The notes: generated by a model from the letters alone, not told the origin. Counted from the whole stretch's first letter, positions 41,401-54,637 are shown. The stretch is 63,749 bases of DNA, filler included, from Reclinomonas americana ATCC 50394 (GCA_048213135.1; 5 parts of 4 records of this genome joined end to end with filler, not necessarily neighbours in it), one strand, 5' to 3'. A program made the numbers and translations.

Positions 41401-43226
41401 GTTTCGCGACGGCTCCTCCGACTTTCACGCCGAAATCAGTTTCGTTGGGAGCGAGTGCTGTGTTCACATCACAGTAGGGTGTGATGACTCACCGTGTTCT
41501 CTCCTCCGCTTGCCAGTTTGCACACCCGAGATTGCTGAATACGGCTCCATGTTCACCGTCAAGTGGAACTTTCCGTCGGAGATTCTGCGCATGGAGTCGC
41601 TCGATTACTGGTGCGTTGCCTCTCTCTCTTTTCTGGTTGCTCATCATGTTCATAACACGCGATGCAACAGGCGATACCCGGCCGGCGGCTCGGTAGATCC
41701 ACACGATCTGAGAGACAAGTTCTGGGTCGGTCTCTTTCGGCCACACCACGGTCATCGCACACCGCCGGTCGGCAAGTCGTGGGAGGAGGTGGATCATTTC
41801 TTCCCCACCTACCGCATCATGGTGTCGGAGCACAAGGGCAGCGCAGTGCTGGTGCCCATTTACAACAACAGAGAGCCGGCGAGGTGGGTGTTGACCTCGC
41901 TCAAAGCATAGTGCGACGATATATTTGCCTCACACGTTATCCGCAGTGGCCAGGGCGTGTTCGAGGCGCGTATCATTCGAGAGGCACCAATATCGGGCGA
42001 CATGCGGTGTCTGGCCACCTCCAACACCGTGTTTGTCGGTCCCTACGGTGCACCCGTCACCACTGAGTTGCCAGAGACGGGCATTCTCGAGATTCTGTAC
42101 CTCGATTTTGACTCGGAGCTGGTGGAGATGACCGAGGACGAGTTTGCGTTGCTTAAGGTGCACCCGACATGCATTCCATCTCGCTTGCTTGCTTAGCTGA
42201 CAAGAAAGCGTGCAGCGTGACATTTTTGCGGATCCCTTCATGAGCGGCAAGCTGTACACGATTCGCAGTGCCATGTCCACCGGCTACTTTACGTGTCGGC
42301 AGGCGGCCGAGATCGTGTCGATTCTGGAGCACACGTATGTGGCCAATCGTGACGACTTTGAGAACCATTTGGTGTGGACTGTAGTTGCGTTGGTGGTGGC
42401 GAGGGGGAAGGGAAAGGGAGGGAGGGAGGGAGAGAGAGTGAGAAACAGAGGGACACTCAAAGCTTCTCGCATCTTCGCTTTGCCATTCTCTTACACTTTC
42501 GTGAACTGATTCGTGCATCATCAGGCATGCATGTACACGCGGTTGACGGACTCGGAGGACTTCTCCATTGTGCTTTATTCGGTGGGCAACGCGTCTCTGC
42601 GTCAGCGGATCTTGACCATTGTGCAAGCCGAGGTTGCTATTGGCGGGAGCGATCGGTGAGTGGAGAGAGAGCACGAGAGAGAGCTTTGTTGCACCCCGTG
42701 ATCTGAACTATTCCGTGTGCACCAGAGTGCTGGAGGAGGCCGAGTTCGGGCGTCTGATTGCAGATGTAGAATTCGAGGTGACAGCCGACCGCAAAGCCTC
42801 AGTGGCCGCCGCTCGCACCTCCGACTGCCTGCTGACCAGTGCCATGGTGAAGCGATTGATTGCCACTGTGCGAAATCAAGATGTCAAGGTGTGTGTGTGT
42901 GTGTGTGTGTGTGTGATTGAGAGAGAGAGAGAGAGAGTACGTGTATCTTTCTTGGATATTCATCGGGCGTGCAGATCGCCATGATTGAGTCGCTGTCGGA
43001 GCGCATCACCGACCTGGACAACGCGCGAATGTTTATTGAGGATTTGGACGAGGCCGAGGATCGTGCCGACATGTACGAGCTGGTGGAGGAGGTGATCCAG
43101 GGGAAGAAGGCGGCGATCGAGGCGTCCGCCGCAGCAGCTGCAGCAGCGGCCGCCGCCGCCGTGCGGGCAACTGCCGTGCCACTGGTGGCCGCTGTGCCCG
43201 CTGGTGTCATCGCACGTCCCAGGTGA
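38136..43226 (+). CDS. LRR protein with three DUF4476-like helical repeats and a putative SKICH-like beta domain
   Basis: LRRs VMNLSHNMLSVIP, TLNLSQNYLHEFP, VLDLSHNGL, TLNLRHNRLETLPGELSRL; repeats FFTCAQVRQLI, YFTCRQAAEIV, LLTSAMVKRLI; FNPKL|PAGFYRLDMS; KFWVGLF...GVFEAR...LATS. Confidence 0.75.
38340..39440. repeat. Intronic CT-rich minisatellite with a recurrent cttgcacttcatcac...cgctcactgcgtctcctgttcatcctcc unit (spans gap)
   Basis: Similar units at about 38357, 39217 and 39378. Confidence 0.7.
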
Positions 43227-43808
43227 TGTCGGGGGGAGACGATCGGGGAGACGACAAAGGCCACATCGACAGGACTGTCGCATTGAGATGGCCAGGCCAT
43301 CCACGAGAGGTGTCAGGCTGCCGATAGGCAAGCGGTGATGACGTGACGACGTGCTGCATCATCGAGGCAGCGGGATCGCGTCTGAGAGTGAGTAAAGGTA
43401 CTTGCACTACAGGTCGATTACAGGCGCGCACATCTCAGCCGCACCTCAGTACGTGTCAACACGGCATCTCCTGCGTTCTTCCCCTTGTCAGTCTTGCGCC
43501 TCAGGTAACGCAACACCCCTCATCCCTCGCGGCTCAACCGACACATTTTCGAGATCGATGGGCAGTGGGTACTCTCTCTGCTGCTGACGTTTCCTGACAA
43601 ACGTGTGATGTATCGATATCAGCGTGCAGACATTGCTTGGCCATGGATTGACGGCATCACTACAATGGCAAGTACAACACACGCGCTCACCTTCTTCCCC
43701 GCCTCTCTTGCACACAATGGTCGCCAACAGACGGGAGTTGGCTCATGCTCTTACGCATTTACAGTGCCATTTCGCTGCCTGGCGAACATGCACGCCTGGC
43801 GAGCTCGC

Positions 43809-43848
43809 GCTGCTCGCGCCAGATATCCGGAGGGGAGTGCTCTTCGCC
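43809..43848 (+). promoter_or_regulatory. Putative promoter element conserved between the two tandem paralogues
   Basis: GCTGCTCGCG..AGATATCCG..GGAGT..CTCTTCGCC occurs here and at 44945-44989, while the flanks have diverged. Confidence 0.5.
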
Positions 43849-43892
43849 ACACTCTTCTTTTTTTCTCTCCCCGTGCGCACAGACAAACAGAT

Positions 43893-44530
43893 ATGCGTGT
43901 CTCTGTCATTATTGCTCTGCTGCTGGCCGTGCTGGCCGTTGCTCTCTTCTCCGCTGCCGAGGTCACCGCTCGCCGCATGACGCGCGAGGAGATGCGTGAG
44001 GTGCTGCAGGATTTGGATGGTGAGCTGGCGCGTGAGAGTGACGTGTTGTTCACACATGCGCATGCGTGCATGCCCATCGTCGTGTGTGTGTGTGTGTGTG
44101 CATCACAGCGATGGGCTTCTTCGAGGCTGACGAGGACGAAGCCGCCGACGAGTTCACTGAGTCGTCGTCTGGCAACTACGTGTATGCCAACACCTACAAG
44201 TGCTCGGCTGCGCTCAACCCCGCCAACTCACCATGGGCGTCGTGTGGCCTGCGCACTGTGACGGTCAACGTCGCCGGACAAATCTCGTTCCCACACTCGT
44301 TCAAGCCCGGCTCGGCCACCATCGACGGCCCCAACAGCAAGTACCTTCTGCTGGCCGACGAGACCTACAATGGTGTCAACTACAAGATGATCCAGGTCTT
44401 CGGCGACAAGAAATACAAATTCGGCTTCGCCACCAACAAGGACCGCTGGACGTTTGGCAGGAGGGCGCAGCTGACGCTGGTCGGCATCATCGGCGCTCAG
44501 GCGCTGCCTGATCAGGAGCCCAACAACTAA
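43893..44530 (+). CDS. Secreted protein of unknown family, paralogue A (2 exons)
   Basis: Signal peptide MRVSVIIALLLAVLAVALFSAAEVTA, then RRMTREEMREVLQDLD|AMGFFEADEDE..., then a 2-Cys beta-rich domain; intron 44020-44109; strongly C/G-ending codons. Confidence 0.88.
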
Positions 44531-44944
44531 TATGATGGGGTTGCTGCGAAGGGAGTTGTGCACAATGAACCTGCGTTTGCAACTGGTCCAGTGGTGTGTG
44601 TTTCGAATTTCTTCCATGCGTGAATTTGTGACCATGCATTCGCTCGCATCACGTCGATTGCATGGAATAACGCTCCATCGCAAGAGCATCCGTACTCCGA
44701 GCTGCTCGCACATGGATATCTCCTCCAGCAAACAAGGGAAGCGGGCGAACAGCAGCATTTGAATTCGCGATACATCATGCCAACAACAGATTGATGAGTA
44801 TTAGTAAACTTATTCTCGGTTTCTTCCTGGTGCTCTCTCCGACAATGGAGACCGCCATGTTGCTGCCTTGCTGATTGTTGTCGCTCTTGCGGTACACGCA
44901 ACGCATCGCGCTTACAGTCAATCCCGAACACGCTGCGCTGTACA

Positions 44945-44989
44945 GCTGCTCGCGACAGAAAGATATCCGACGAGGAGTCACTCTTCGCC
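44945..44989 (+). promoter_or_regulatory. Putative promoter element, copy upstream of paralogue B
   Basis: Same motif blocks as 43809-43848. Confidence 0.5.
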
Positions 44990-45053
44990 CTTTCCCCTCT
45001 CTTTCTCTCTGTTCCCGTGCGCTCAGACAAGCAGACAAACTAACAAACAAAAC

Positions 45054-45682
45054 ATGCGTGTTTCAATCATTGTGGCTCTTCTGTTGGCCGTGCTGGCCGT
45101 GGCTCTCTTCTCCGCCGCCGAGGTCACTGCCCGTCGCATGACACGCGCTGAGATGCGTGAGGTGCTGCAGGATTTGGATGGTGAGCACATTTGGTGTCTC
45201 TTCATCACGAACGACGTGCACAAGCTCAGCATTGTTGCCTCTGTGTGTGTGCGTGTGTGTTCGCGACAGAGATGGGTTTCTTCGAGACTGATGAGGACGA
45301 CGAGTTCAGCGAGTCGTCCTCCGGCAACTACGTCTATGCCAACACCTACAAGTGCTCGGCTGCGCTCAACCCCGCCAACTCGCCGTGGGGCTCATGCGGT
45401 CTGCGCACGGTGACTGTGACCATTGCTGGAGAGATCTCGTTCCCGCACTCGTTCAAGCCCGGCTCGGCCACCATCAATGGTTCCACCAGTCAGTACCTGC
45501 TGTTGGCCGACGAGACCTACAACGGAGTCAACTACAAGATGATCCAGGTCTTCGCCGACAAGAAGTACAAGTTCGGCTTCGCCACCAACAAGGACCGCTG
45601 GACGTTTGGCAAGAGGGCACAGCTGACTCTGGTCGGCATCATCGGCGCCCAGGCGCTGCCCGATCAGGAGCCCAACAACTAA
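45054..45682 (+). CDS. Secreted protein of unknown family, paralogue B (2 exons)
   Basis: Near-identical protein to paralogue A with the same intron position, a diverged intron and many synonymous differences. Confidence 0.88.
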
Positions 45683-45817
45683 TATGATGGGATTTGCTAG
45701 CTACGAGGCAAGGAGTGAATCGAATGTGTCTTTGGATATCCCAAGACCCCATGGTGGCACTCGACGCCGTCACTCCGTCAACGGGATTCACCCCTCTCGC
45801 AACAACATTCACTTGGC

Positions 45818-47720
45818 TCACAGCGGTTGCACGGTGACCACTGCGCATCGTCGTTGGTCAGCAGTCGTGTGACGTGAAAGAGAGACACGACGCATGGTGT
45901 ACCTTTGACGCCGCCGGTTGACGGCGACTGAACGCTGTATGTGAACACCCAGCCGCACGCGGCTCCTGCATACTCACCAGTGTTGGAGAGCACCACGATT
46001 CCGCCCTGCAACAGACAGGTGAGCGGGGGGAAAGAGAGAGAGAGAGAGACACGTGGTTGGAAGCGAGACCTTGAAGGTGGGAAACCGTTTCTTTATCCTC
46101 AGCACTGCAGCGCAATCCTCATCCATGAGTAGATGGTGATTGACATGGAACAGAGAAGCAGCAGCAAGTAACTGGCGTCAGTGGCAGCACTCGCTGGTGA
46201 CATGCCGAGTCGCAGACTCTCCACCGCTGCGATCGCACAGATGAGATGAGGAGCGTGAAGCGCAGGATCCATTATGACCACCAGCAGCACACCTTGATAG
46301 CACGGCAAGAATCGCATCATAATGTCACCATCACCAGTGGCCGCACAGCCTCCCACCTGACTGTCGACATATGCTCCACTCCTGCATGCAGCGATAAGTG
46401 AGAGAGGAGAGTACCTCGTGAATGCCCCGGTGCCGACTCACCCAATGATGGGACTGTCACCGACACGACCGGCCAGCTTGTGGCTGGCGCCATTGGTCGA
46501 CGTGCCCGCCGCCATGTTGCCATTCGGACTGAGGACCACCATGCCGATGGTGTCGTGGTTCGGCTCCTCGCTGGTGCCACTCGGCCGGATGTGCGGATTG
46601 GCGCGCATCGGTGTCGGCTGCAGAGAGGGACTGAGATTGGGAGAGAACAACAAGAGCACGAAAAAAAAGGCGAGGCAACTGTTCGTGGTTTGACGGGTTT
46701 GTAGGGGCCACACGAGGTGGTGGGATCCGGAGTGACGTTGCGCCAGTAATTCGGCTGGCATCGGTTGGCCTTCCAGTCCGTGTAGATCTTTTGACTCGCC
46801 GGCGTCGACAGCGTGGTCAGCGGGAACCCTGCGTACGTCGATCACTGCGTGTATGAGCGCAGAGAGAGAGAGAGAGAGATAGAAACGAGGAGCACAAGCA
46901 CACTCACCCATCTGCACAGCAAAATCGCTGGCACTGTAGCCGACCAGCAGCTGTCGCAAACGCTGCATGAGACTCTCGGGGCACAGACGCTTCCCGCCCA
47001 CCCATCGCCCCACACTCACCGTCTCCTGCGTGTGCTCCATCACCGCGCGTGCCACACCAATCGCATTCTTCACGCTGTGCAAGTCGGCCACGGAACCTGC
47101 CGGCCACCACCCATTGAGTATGGAGGCTCCATCAACATCAGCAACGGGCACGAACCACAGTCCATGGTGTCGCCCGACATGATCAGCGCTGTCACGACAC
47201 CACATGAGCTTCGGAGCGCACACAAGAGACAACACAACGACGCGCACACCATCAAGAGTTGTCTCGCCTGCACAGACTCGAAAATCAGCAACTCATGACC
47301 TCAAGAATGATCACTCTGCTCGCACACACGCGTACCGGTCTCATCGGGACTTCCACCATACCCGACAGTACCATCGCACTGCGCAGTCTCACACGCCGCA
47401 CAACCCTGCGCGCACACGCACAATGAGCTCCCTCCCAACACTCACGACGCGCGCTCTCTCAGCACCTGCTCCACAGCATCCAGCACAGTAGTCACATTGG
47501 CTCGCGGTCCAGCAGCCATCAGCACGTCCCACGCTCGCTGTACAGAGCGAGAGAGCGATCAAGAGCTCATTCAGATCCCCGCAACACATCAACAACAGAC
47601 CTGCGCGGCCACCACAAATGGTCCTCCCCATGTGTTGATCACCACTGGCGTCACAGCTGCGCAGTGTACAACTGCCACGCTGAACAGCAGAAGCGCGAGG
47701 AGAAGCACCCTCGTCCTCAT
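45818..47720 (-). CDS. AGA: N4-(beta-N-acetylglucosaminyl)-L-asparaginase (aspartylglucosaminidase)
   Basis: Signal peptide + [80 protein letters not shown] (autocleavage), [33 protein letters not shown]. Confidence 0.97.
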
Positions 47721-47800
47721 GAACGACAAAGACGAGGACTGAATTTTCCGAGTCATTCACAGCTGCAGGAAAGAGAGAGAGAGAGAGAGAGAGGGCCAGG

Positions 47801-49258
47801 ATGCATCGCTCGTCCTCTTCCTCCTCCTCCGCCGAGTCCTCTTCATCTGCGACTGGCTCCCCGTCGTCGCCAACACTGACCGGCTCCTCCTCTGCAGAGG
47901 AAGCACTCTCGCCTTCGTCGCCCGCAAGCTCCTCATCGACAGCGTCGGATCCTCCGCCTGAATCTGCGTCCTCCTCCTCGTCGTCATCGTCATCGCTGCG
48001 ACACTCGTCTCCAGGTCTGCAAGCCGACACACCACCCGTGGTTGTCCTGTCGCAGCCGGCGCGTGTTCATCTCCACCATCACCATCATCATCATCAACAT
48101 CTCCTGCATCATCACCACCAGCGACATCACTTGCCGCTGGCGGCCGCGCGTGCGTATCAGATGCTGAGAGGCGCTGGACACTCGACGACGACGACACCGG
48201 CTGCCGCAGCCTCGGGCGCCACCAAGGAGGACTATGCGAATGCCAGCTTCTGGGATTGTCGGTATGCGGAGTCGCCGTCGGCATCGTTTGAGTGGTTTGC
48301 TTGGCTTGTGCGCTTGCTGGTCTGTGATGCCGTGCGTCTCTCACGTGGGTGCATAGGCTGCAGTCGTGGTCGTCGTTGCACGATGTGCTGCAAAAGTACA
48401 TGGTGCCGGGCTCCAAGGTGCTGGAGATTGGCTGCGGCAACTCCAGTTACGGATGCATATTCTCCCTGCATATTCTCGCCCTCACCCTCTCCCCCTTGTC
48501 TGTGGACGCAGATCTGTGCTCTGAACTCGCCAAGGCCGGCTTTGCGAGTTTCGTGCTGCGCATGTCTGCTGTTGTTGCTGTTGAACTCACGTTGCTCCCA
48601 AATGGCCAGATGTCACCGGCATCGACTTTAGCGCGGTGGTGATCTCGCAGATGCAGGAGCGCTACGCACAGCGGTCGGAGATGCAGTGTTGCGTGGTGTG
48701 CGCTCTGCGTATCATGTGCGCGTGCCCGGCTCTCATCGTGTCGCCGGTGCGCAGTCACCACCATGAACGCAACGTCGCTGCAATTCGATCCAAACACTTT
48801 CAACATGGTGATCGACAAGGCCACTCTCGACTCTATCATGTGTGCGCGACAGGGCGCCGACACGGCACGCGCAGCAGTGCTGGAGGCGCATCGCGTGCTT
48901 CGCGACGGCGGCGTGTACGTTGTTATCAGGTCTCGTTTCCCCCTCAACTTTTGCTCGCTGGCATTTTCTTTGCTCTTCTCACGTGCCCTTTTCCCCCTCG
49001 TCGCAGTCACGCGGTTCGTGGCCATCGCCAATCCTCTTTCCTTTGATCTCCCGGCTCACTCCTTTTTGCATGCAGGGTCCGGCGGAGCGCCTGTCGTTGT
49101 TGGAGACCGAGGGCACCTCTTGGCGCGTCGAGTGGACGACGCTACCGTCAGCGACCGAAGGTCGTTCGCACTACGTGTATGTGGTCAAAAAGTCGCTGCG
49201 GCGTTCGCGCTCCACCAGCATCGCCTCGCAGCTGTCTCTAACGGGATACCCAACATGA
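47801..49258 (+). CDS. Class I SAM methyltransferase, EEF1AKMT4/METTL13 N-domain-like, with Ser/His-rich N-terminal extension (start uncertain)
   Basis: DYANASFWDCRY...FEW|LQSW, KVLEIGCGNS|NL, NVTGIDFSAVVISQM, FNMVIDKATLDSIMC, HRVLRDGGVYVVIS. Confidence 0.88.
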
Positions 49259-49307
49259 ATTGTGTGATACTTTTTTTGTGGTACGTCTTCTCATCTATTG
49301 TCGATTC

Positions 49308-52300
49308 TCATCGCTTCTTGAACGAGAAGCCGCTCGCCTCTTCCTCCTCGTCGTCGATGACCATTGACGAGGTGGTGGTGGCCGCACGCTGCAATACAAA
49401 CACGATGGGTTACTTCCTCATACTAACCGCTGAACACAGCACAGCACCACGTACCGACAAAGCCTGCTTGGTGGCATCGCTGATCTTGCCGCCCTTGAAC
49501 AGCTTCTGCTCCACCATCTCCTTGGCCTTGGCCTTGGCCGCCGCCTTCTTAGCCTCCTCCGCCTTTTCGGCCGCCTGCCCCACCCACACATGAGTGAGCA
49601 TTCGATTGACATCATCATCAGCATCAGCGTCGTAACGTACCAGTCGTGCCTCTCGTGCCTCCGGAGTCTCTGCGTCGACTGGGGCGCGCTTGGGCGTCGC
49701 CGGTGCCGCCGACGGCTCAAACGTCGATGGCGTCGCAGACTGCGTGCACGTGAGTTATGCAGGGAGCAAGAGAAGGTATGGAAGCGGGGAAAAACCGCAC
49801 CGACGCGGCCGCCGAGCCCTTGACCGGCGTCACGCCAATGACAGCATCGAGTGGTGCCTCGGCCACACCCGTCACCTTGTTGGGCGAGAACTTGACAAAT
49901 TTGCTCTTGCGCGCACTGGCCGGTGTCTCGGGGGCCTTGCTCGCAGTGGTGCCCTTCTTGGCCGGCGTGCGAGGAGCGGATCCTCGTCGAATCTTGCCGC
50001 CCTCCACTTTGCCGCCGCTGCCAAACACCATCTCCTGTTCCTCTTCGTCTTCGTCTTCGGGTTCGTCGACAGCCGACTCCACAGGCGCAGTCGCCTTGGC
50101 CGTGGTGCTTGGACCGCGCTTCGACGGTGAGGGGGCTGAGGGCGAAGGCGCACAGTCAGAATGCAGCAAACAAAATGAGGAGTACGTCTCTCGTGCGACA
50201 ACAGACCAGTGTCACTGGACACCGCCACGTCTTCGTCTTCGTCCTCGGAATCCGAGGCAGCGCCACCAGCAGTGGCCGCACTGCCGTGTACAGGTCGTGC
50301 CGAGTTGAATGACTCGCGCTGCGTCACTTGCATGGACGATGCAGTGGCGGTCACCGTCGTGCTCGTCGCGGAACCAGTGTAGCGTGACGCTGGTGCAGCA
50401 GCAGCAGCGGCAACAACAACAGGCCGAGAGGCCAGTTCCTCCTGCAAGAGCAGCGCATGTGATCAGCCACGCACAACGACAACCATGTCGAAGATTCCGT
50501 AACACACCAACTTGCGCTGCAGCGCGGCCACTTGTGCGGAGAGCGTCTTTTCCACGTTCTTTTGTGCCACATCAACAGCATTCGTGACAATTGCCTGCGT
50601 CTCCGCACTGTTCGTAATGCATGTAGGTGTGAGCAACTGAGAGTGGGAGTCTGGCGGCACACACATACACACACTGACCGTCGCATGTTCTCCTCAAAGT
50701 GCGCCAGCTGCGCTTCCACTTGTCGCTCGGCAAACGCAGTGGTGATGCGCTGCGCCACAGCCGGATAATTCATGTGGTGCACCAGTCGGGCAGCGGTCTC
50801 TGCAGGCACGTACACCCCGCAGCATATCGAGTGAGACACACGAGACTGCGGTCGTGAGAGTGACAGAAACCGCACGTACCGACAGCCTTGTCGGTGCACA
50901 TCAACAGCGCCAAATCAAACGCCTTGGTCACATGTTGCTTCTCAATGGCGCTCTGCGACACGGACGAGAAGGTTGAGCTGTGGCGAATCGGACTCCTGTC
51001 ACCGACAAACGAGTCACCTTGATCATGCGCAGCAGCGTCTTGTCAATGGCATTCTCCAACGCCTGCTTGTCTGGCGGGTTGTGCGGGCGGGCGGCCATGC
51101 ACTCCAGACCGAATTGCTGGTGAATAATGCTGCACAGCACATGCGGAGGAAAGGAGAGCGCGCGTCAGCAACTACCAGCGCCATGGGAGAATCAGCTGTC
51201 TTGTCTCCTCACCCAGCCTCCTGTCCAGTAAACGCCATGCCCGGATTCAACAGCGGCAGCGACATGGCCACCGAGTTGACAGACGGCGGTCGAACGACGT
51301 CCGGGAACGGACGAGACGCCTGTGTGGTGTGTACGTACATGTAAGAAGACGATAGACAATTGGCACAGAGACAGCAAGAGCGTACAAACCGTGCACTCGA
51401 CGACAAACACATCCTGATTCTCGTGACCAAACACCCACAGTGGGCGGGCGCCGTTCTGCGACAGTGGGCTGGAACGCAGCTCGCACATGACGGCCCATTG
51501 CAGAGGCGTCTTCAGAGGCACACCGCGGACAACGCCAGTGGAATCGGCAGCGATAAAAAGCTGTGTGGGATGTCAGCAGCGGCACGATGTTGGGTCGCAG
51601 GCCGGCATGCAACACGCAACATTGGGATCCGACTCGGAGAACCCAAGCCATGTCAATGCTGCTCCCGGCGACACAGGCACCACGCCATGATCGACCTGAC
51701 ACCGTGAGCGCATGGCCACGGCCAAATACTCGAAACCGCCTGTAATGTGGTGAGCAGCGGATGATGGAGAATGAAGTAAGAACGTCGCGCGCACCGCAAT
51801 TGTCGTCAAAAACCAGCACCAGCATATCATTGCTGTTGGCCACCACGCACACGGGCTCGCGGTGCACACTGAATAGGCCGCATTGCACGCCTCCGCTGGT
51901 GAGCACACGCACGAACAGCCGGTTGGTCACGCAAGCGCAAAAGTGCCGACCGAGTCCAATACCCAGTGGTTCCTACACAATGCAATGGCGTGAGTCGGAA
52001 CTCCTCTCACCTCAGCGTGTTGTGTGCACGCGCACAAACCTCGCCAGGCGACAAGTGCAGCGACCAATCGGCGTCCGGTGTCCACTTGTCAAAGGCGCGG
52101 AACATGACCACTGCGGGGTTGCCGCCGTTGCTGTGACTGGCAAACAAGGCACCCGTCGCCGCTGCGTTTCGTGGCGGTGTAAGCGAGGAGCAGCAATAAC
52201 GCGCGTTGTCATTCTCAGCTCACCCATGGACGCCATGCGCAGGCCGTGATGCTCGGTGAAACGCACAGTGGGGTGCGACTTGTCGGAGAACTCGATCTCC

Positions 52301-54417
52301 ACCGACCACGACGTGTGAGCAAATGTCGACTTGATGCGACCCAGCAACGTGTAGGCGAGGAACCGACGACCCTCGACTTCAGGAGTGCTGCCGGGGAAGA
52401 GAGGCGGGTGTGCCGCGACACTCCGCAACCGACCGACTACACACCACGACATTGTTGAGAGGAGCAGTACATTTGCGCAGACAATAAAACGCGTGTACGC
52501 AACCACCGCCACGGCGCCTGTGACCACCCGCCTCTGAATCGTCGTCATCGTCGCTATACGCACGTCGCTGGGAGTGTGTGCTCACGATGAGCATCAAGGT
52601 GACTGCAATTCCCTTGGAAGAGCACATCAACTCTCACCCGTCGCTTCCGGGGTCCTGCGCCAGACAAACCAACCTGCAGGTCCTCATCCTCCTCCGAGTA
52701 GCCCTCACCATCCTGTTATCGCAACATACGTGAGTGTGGAGGTTGGCTAGCACTCATCGAACAAGCACAGTACCTCGTCGTCGCTGGCTTCCTCGGCCTC
52801 GTCATTGCTCCACGCGTCGTGGTCGCCACCTGTGCGGCGCCGGCGCTTACGAATGCGTCCTGCAGCAGCAGCAATCATAACGTGAGACATGGACCCGAGC
52901 AAAGAGAGTGGAAGCGCATCAAACGAAACGCTTCTCGGTGCGCTCGTCGCCCGACGACTCGGCGTCGAAATCAAACATGTCGGTGGCAGGCGCGGCAGGT
53001 TTCGCACCCGCTGCCTGCGAGTCGACGGCAGATGCCGATGAAGCATGAGCAGCAGCAGAAACAGCTGCAGTGGGAGCCGCAGCAGAGACGGGAGTGCGGT
53101 CCACATCCATCGAGTCGACCTGTGTGGCGATGACGACTGTAAGATTGCTTTCCACGCACACAACAAGTTCGTCTGAGCGGCGCGACTGACCTTGCGCAGC
53201 TCCTCCACAGACACGTGCGGCGGTGGCATGTAGTCGGGAATGACCTCGGGCCAGTACAGTACACGACCATCGCCGTCGGCAGCCGCCAGCGCATTGGACA
53301 CCAGAGACCACACGACCACGAGCACCGGCGAGTCGTGCTTGAAGCGATCGAGGCATTCCTTCTTCGCCACGTCCCACACAGAGACAATGTTGTCCATGCC
53401 ACAGGCCGCCAAGTAGCGCCCAGTGCCGGAAAACGACACGGCGGAGATCGACTGCGTGTGCACCGAGCCGACCAGCATGGCCTTCAATTCGAATGACCGC
53501 GCATCGTACACCTTGATGTCTGGAGATGCGGTGAGGAGAAGAGGGGAATGAATGCAGCCTAGATTGTCCATGATTCGCAACTTTTGCCATCTGGCACCGC
53601 AATCGTCTCGCCACGGGGATGCCAGTCGAAGCGCAGTGAGTCGAGGTCACTGAGAAGCGGCCAGTTGAGCAAACACACAATAGGCTTCACAACACGTAGT
53701 GCGAATTGTGCACGAAACTCGGGAAGCACTTTCTGGATCGGCAGCGAGTGCACCGCTTCACCGCCATCGACGTTCCACACGCGCAGGAATCCGTCGCAGC
53801 CGGCCGTGGCCTGTCGGAAAACATGAGCACGACAACGGTGCAGTGCAGGCGGTGAAGACACGCACCACACGCTTTCCGTCAGGCGCAAAGCGCACATGCT
53901 TGACCGCGTTGGTGTGCCCACGCAGCGGCGTCGACTGGCGATGATCAAACGTGCTCACCAACCGCACCAGCGGCTCACTAACACGAGCGACAAGTATAAC
54001 ATTAGCGACACGGACGAGGGCTGATCGCTGCGCCCCGCACGCAACTCAGAGGCGCACGCCAGCAGCGCGCCACTCGGCGAGAAGCACACGCTGCGCACGG
54101 GCTTGGTGAAGCGCGTGACCGTGCCACCGGCAGTCGACAAGCCCGGCAACGACAGCAATCGCACTCCATGATCCTCGGAACCAGTCGCCAACTGATCGCC
54201 CTACTCACACGCACAGACAATCAGCTCCATGCACGCACACATGCAACTCACAATGCATTGTCGTGCACTGACCTCGGGCGACACACTGAGGCACGTCACC
54301 GCCGCCTCATGCGCAGTCTCCGATCGCTTCACTTGCTCGAACTCGGCCACCGAGGAGTCACTCGGCTTGACACGGAACGAGCACACGGCTCCGTCGGCGC
54401 CGCACGTGAACAGCAGA
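49308..54417 (-). CDS. WDHD1: WDHD1/AND-1/Ctf4 replisome factor; 5' end in gap
   Basis: N-terminal WD40 (LFTCGADG, ATGSEDHGV, TRFTKPVRSVCFSPSG, LRGHTNAVK, FDWHPRG), acidic linker, SepB domain PLFPGSTP..GRRFLAYTLLG...VEIEFSD, GGVQCGLFS, LTWLGFSE, WPLWV, helical DKTLLRMI. Confidence 0.88.
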
Positions 54418-54435
54418 CTGCAGTCGCCGGTCAGT

Positions 54436-54439
<4 letters not shown>

Positions 54440-54521
<82 letters not shown>
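54440..54521. repeat. (GA)n microsatellite at contig end
   Basis: Direct reading. Confidence 0.95.
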
Positions 54522-54522
<1 letters not shown>

Positions 54523-54570
54523 GTAGNNNNNNNNNNNNNNNNNNNNNNNNNNNNNNNNNNNNNNNNNNNN

Positions 54571-54582
54571 TTAATTAATTAA
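54571..54582. other. Artificial contig linker
   Basis: TTAATTAATTAA within Ns. Confidence 0.95.
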
Positions 54583-54637
54583 NNNNNNNNNNNNNNNNNN
54601 NNNNNNNNNNNNNNNNNNNNNNNNNNTTTTTTGCGCA

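Noticed and set aside
41439..41517. Possible GC-AG intron (GCGAGT donor) in the LRR gene
   Set aside because: An in-phase GTTTCG donor a few bases upstream explains it equally well; ambiguous without cDNA.
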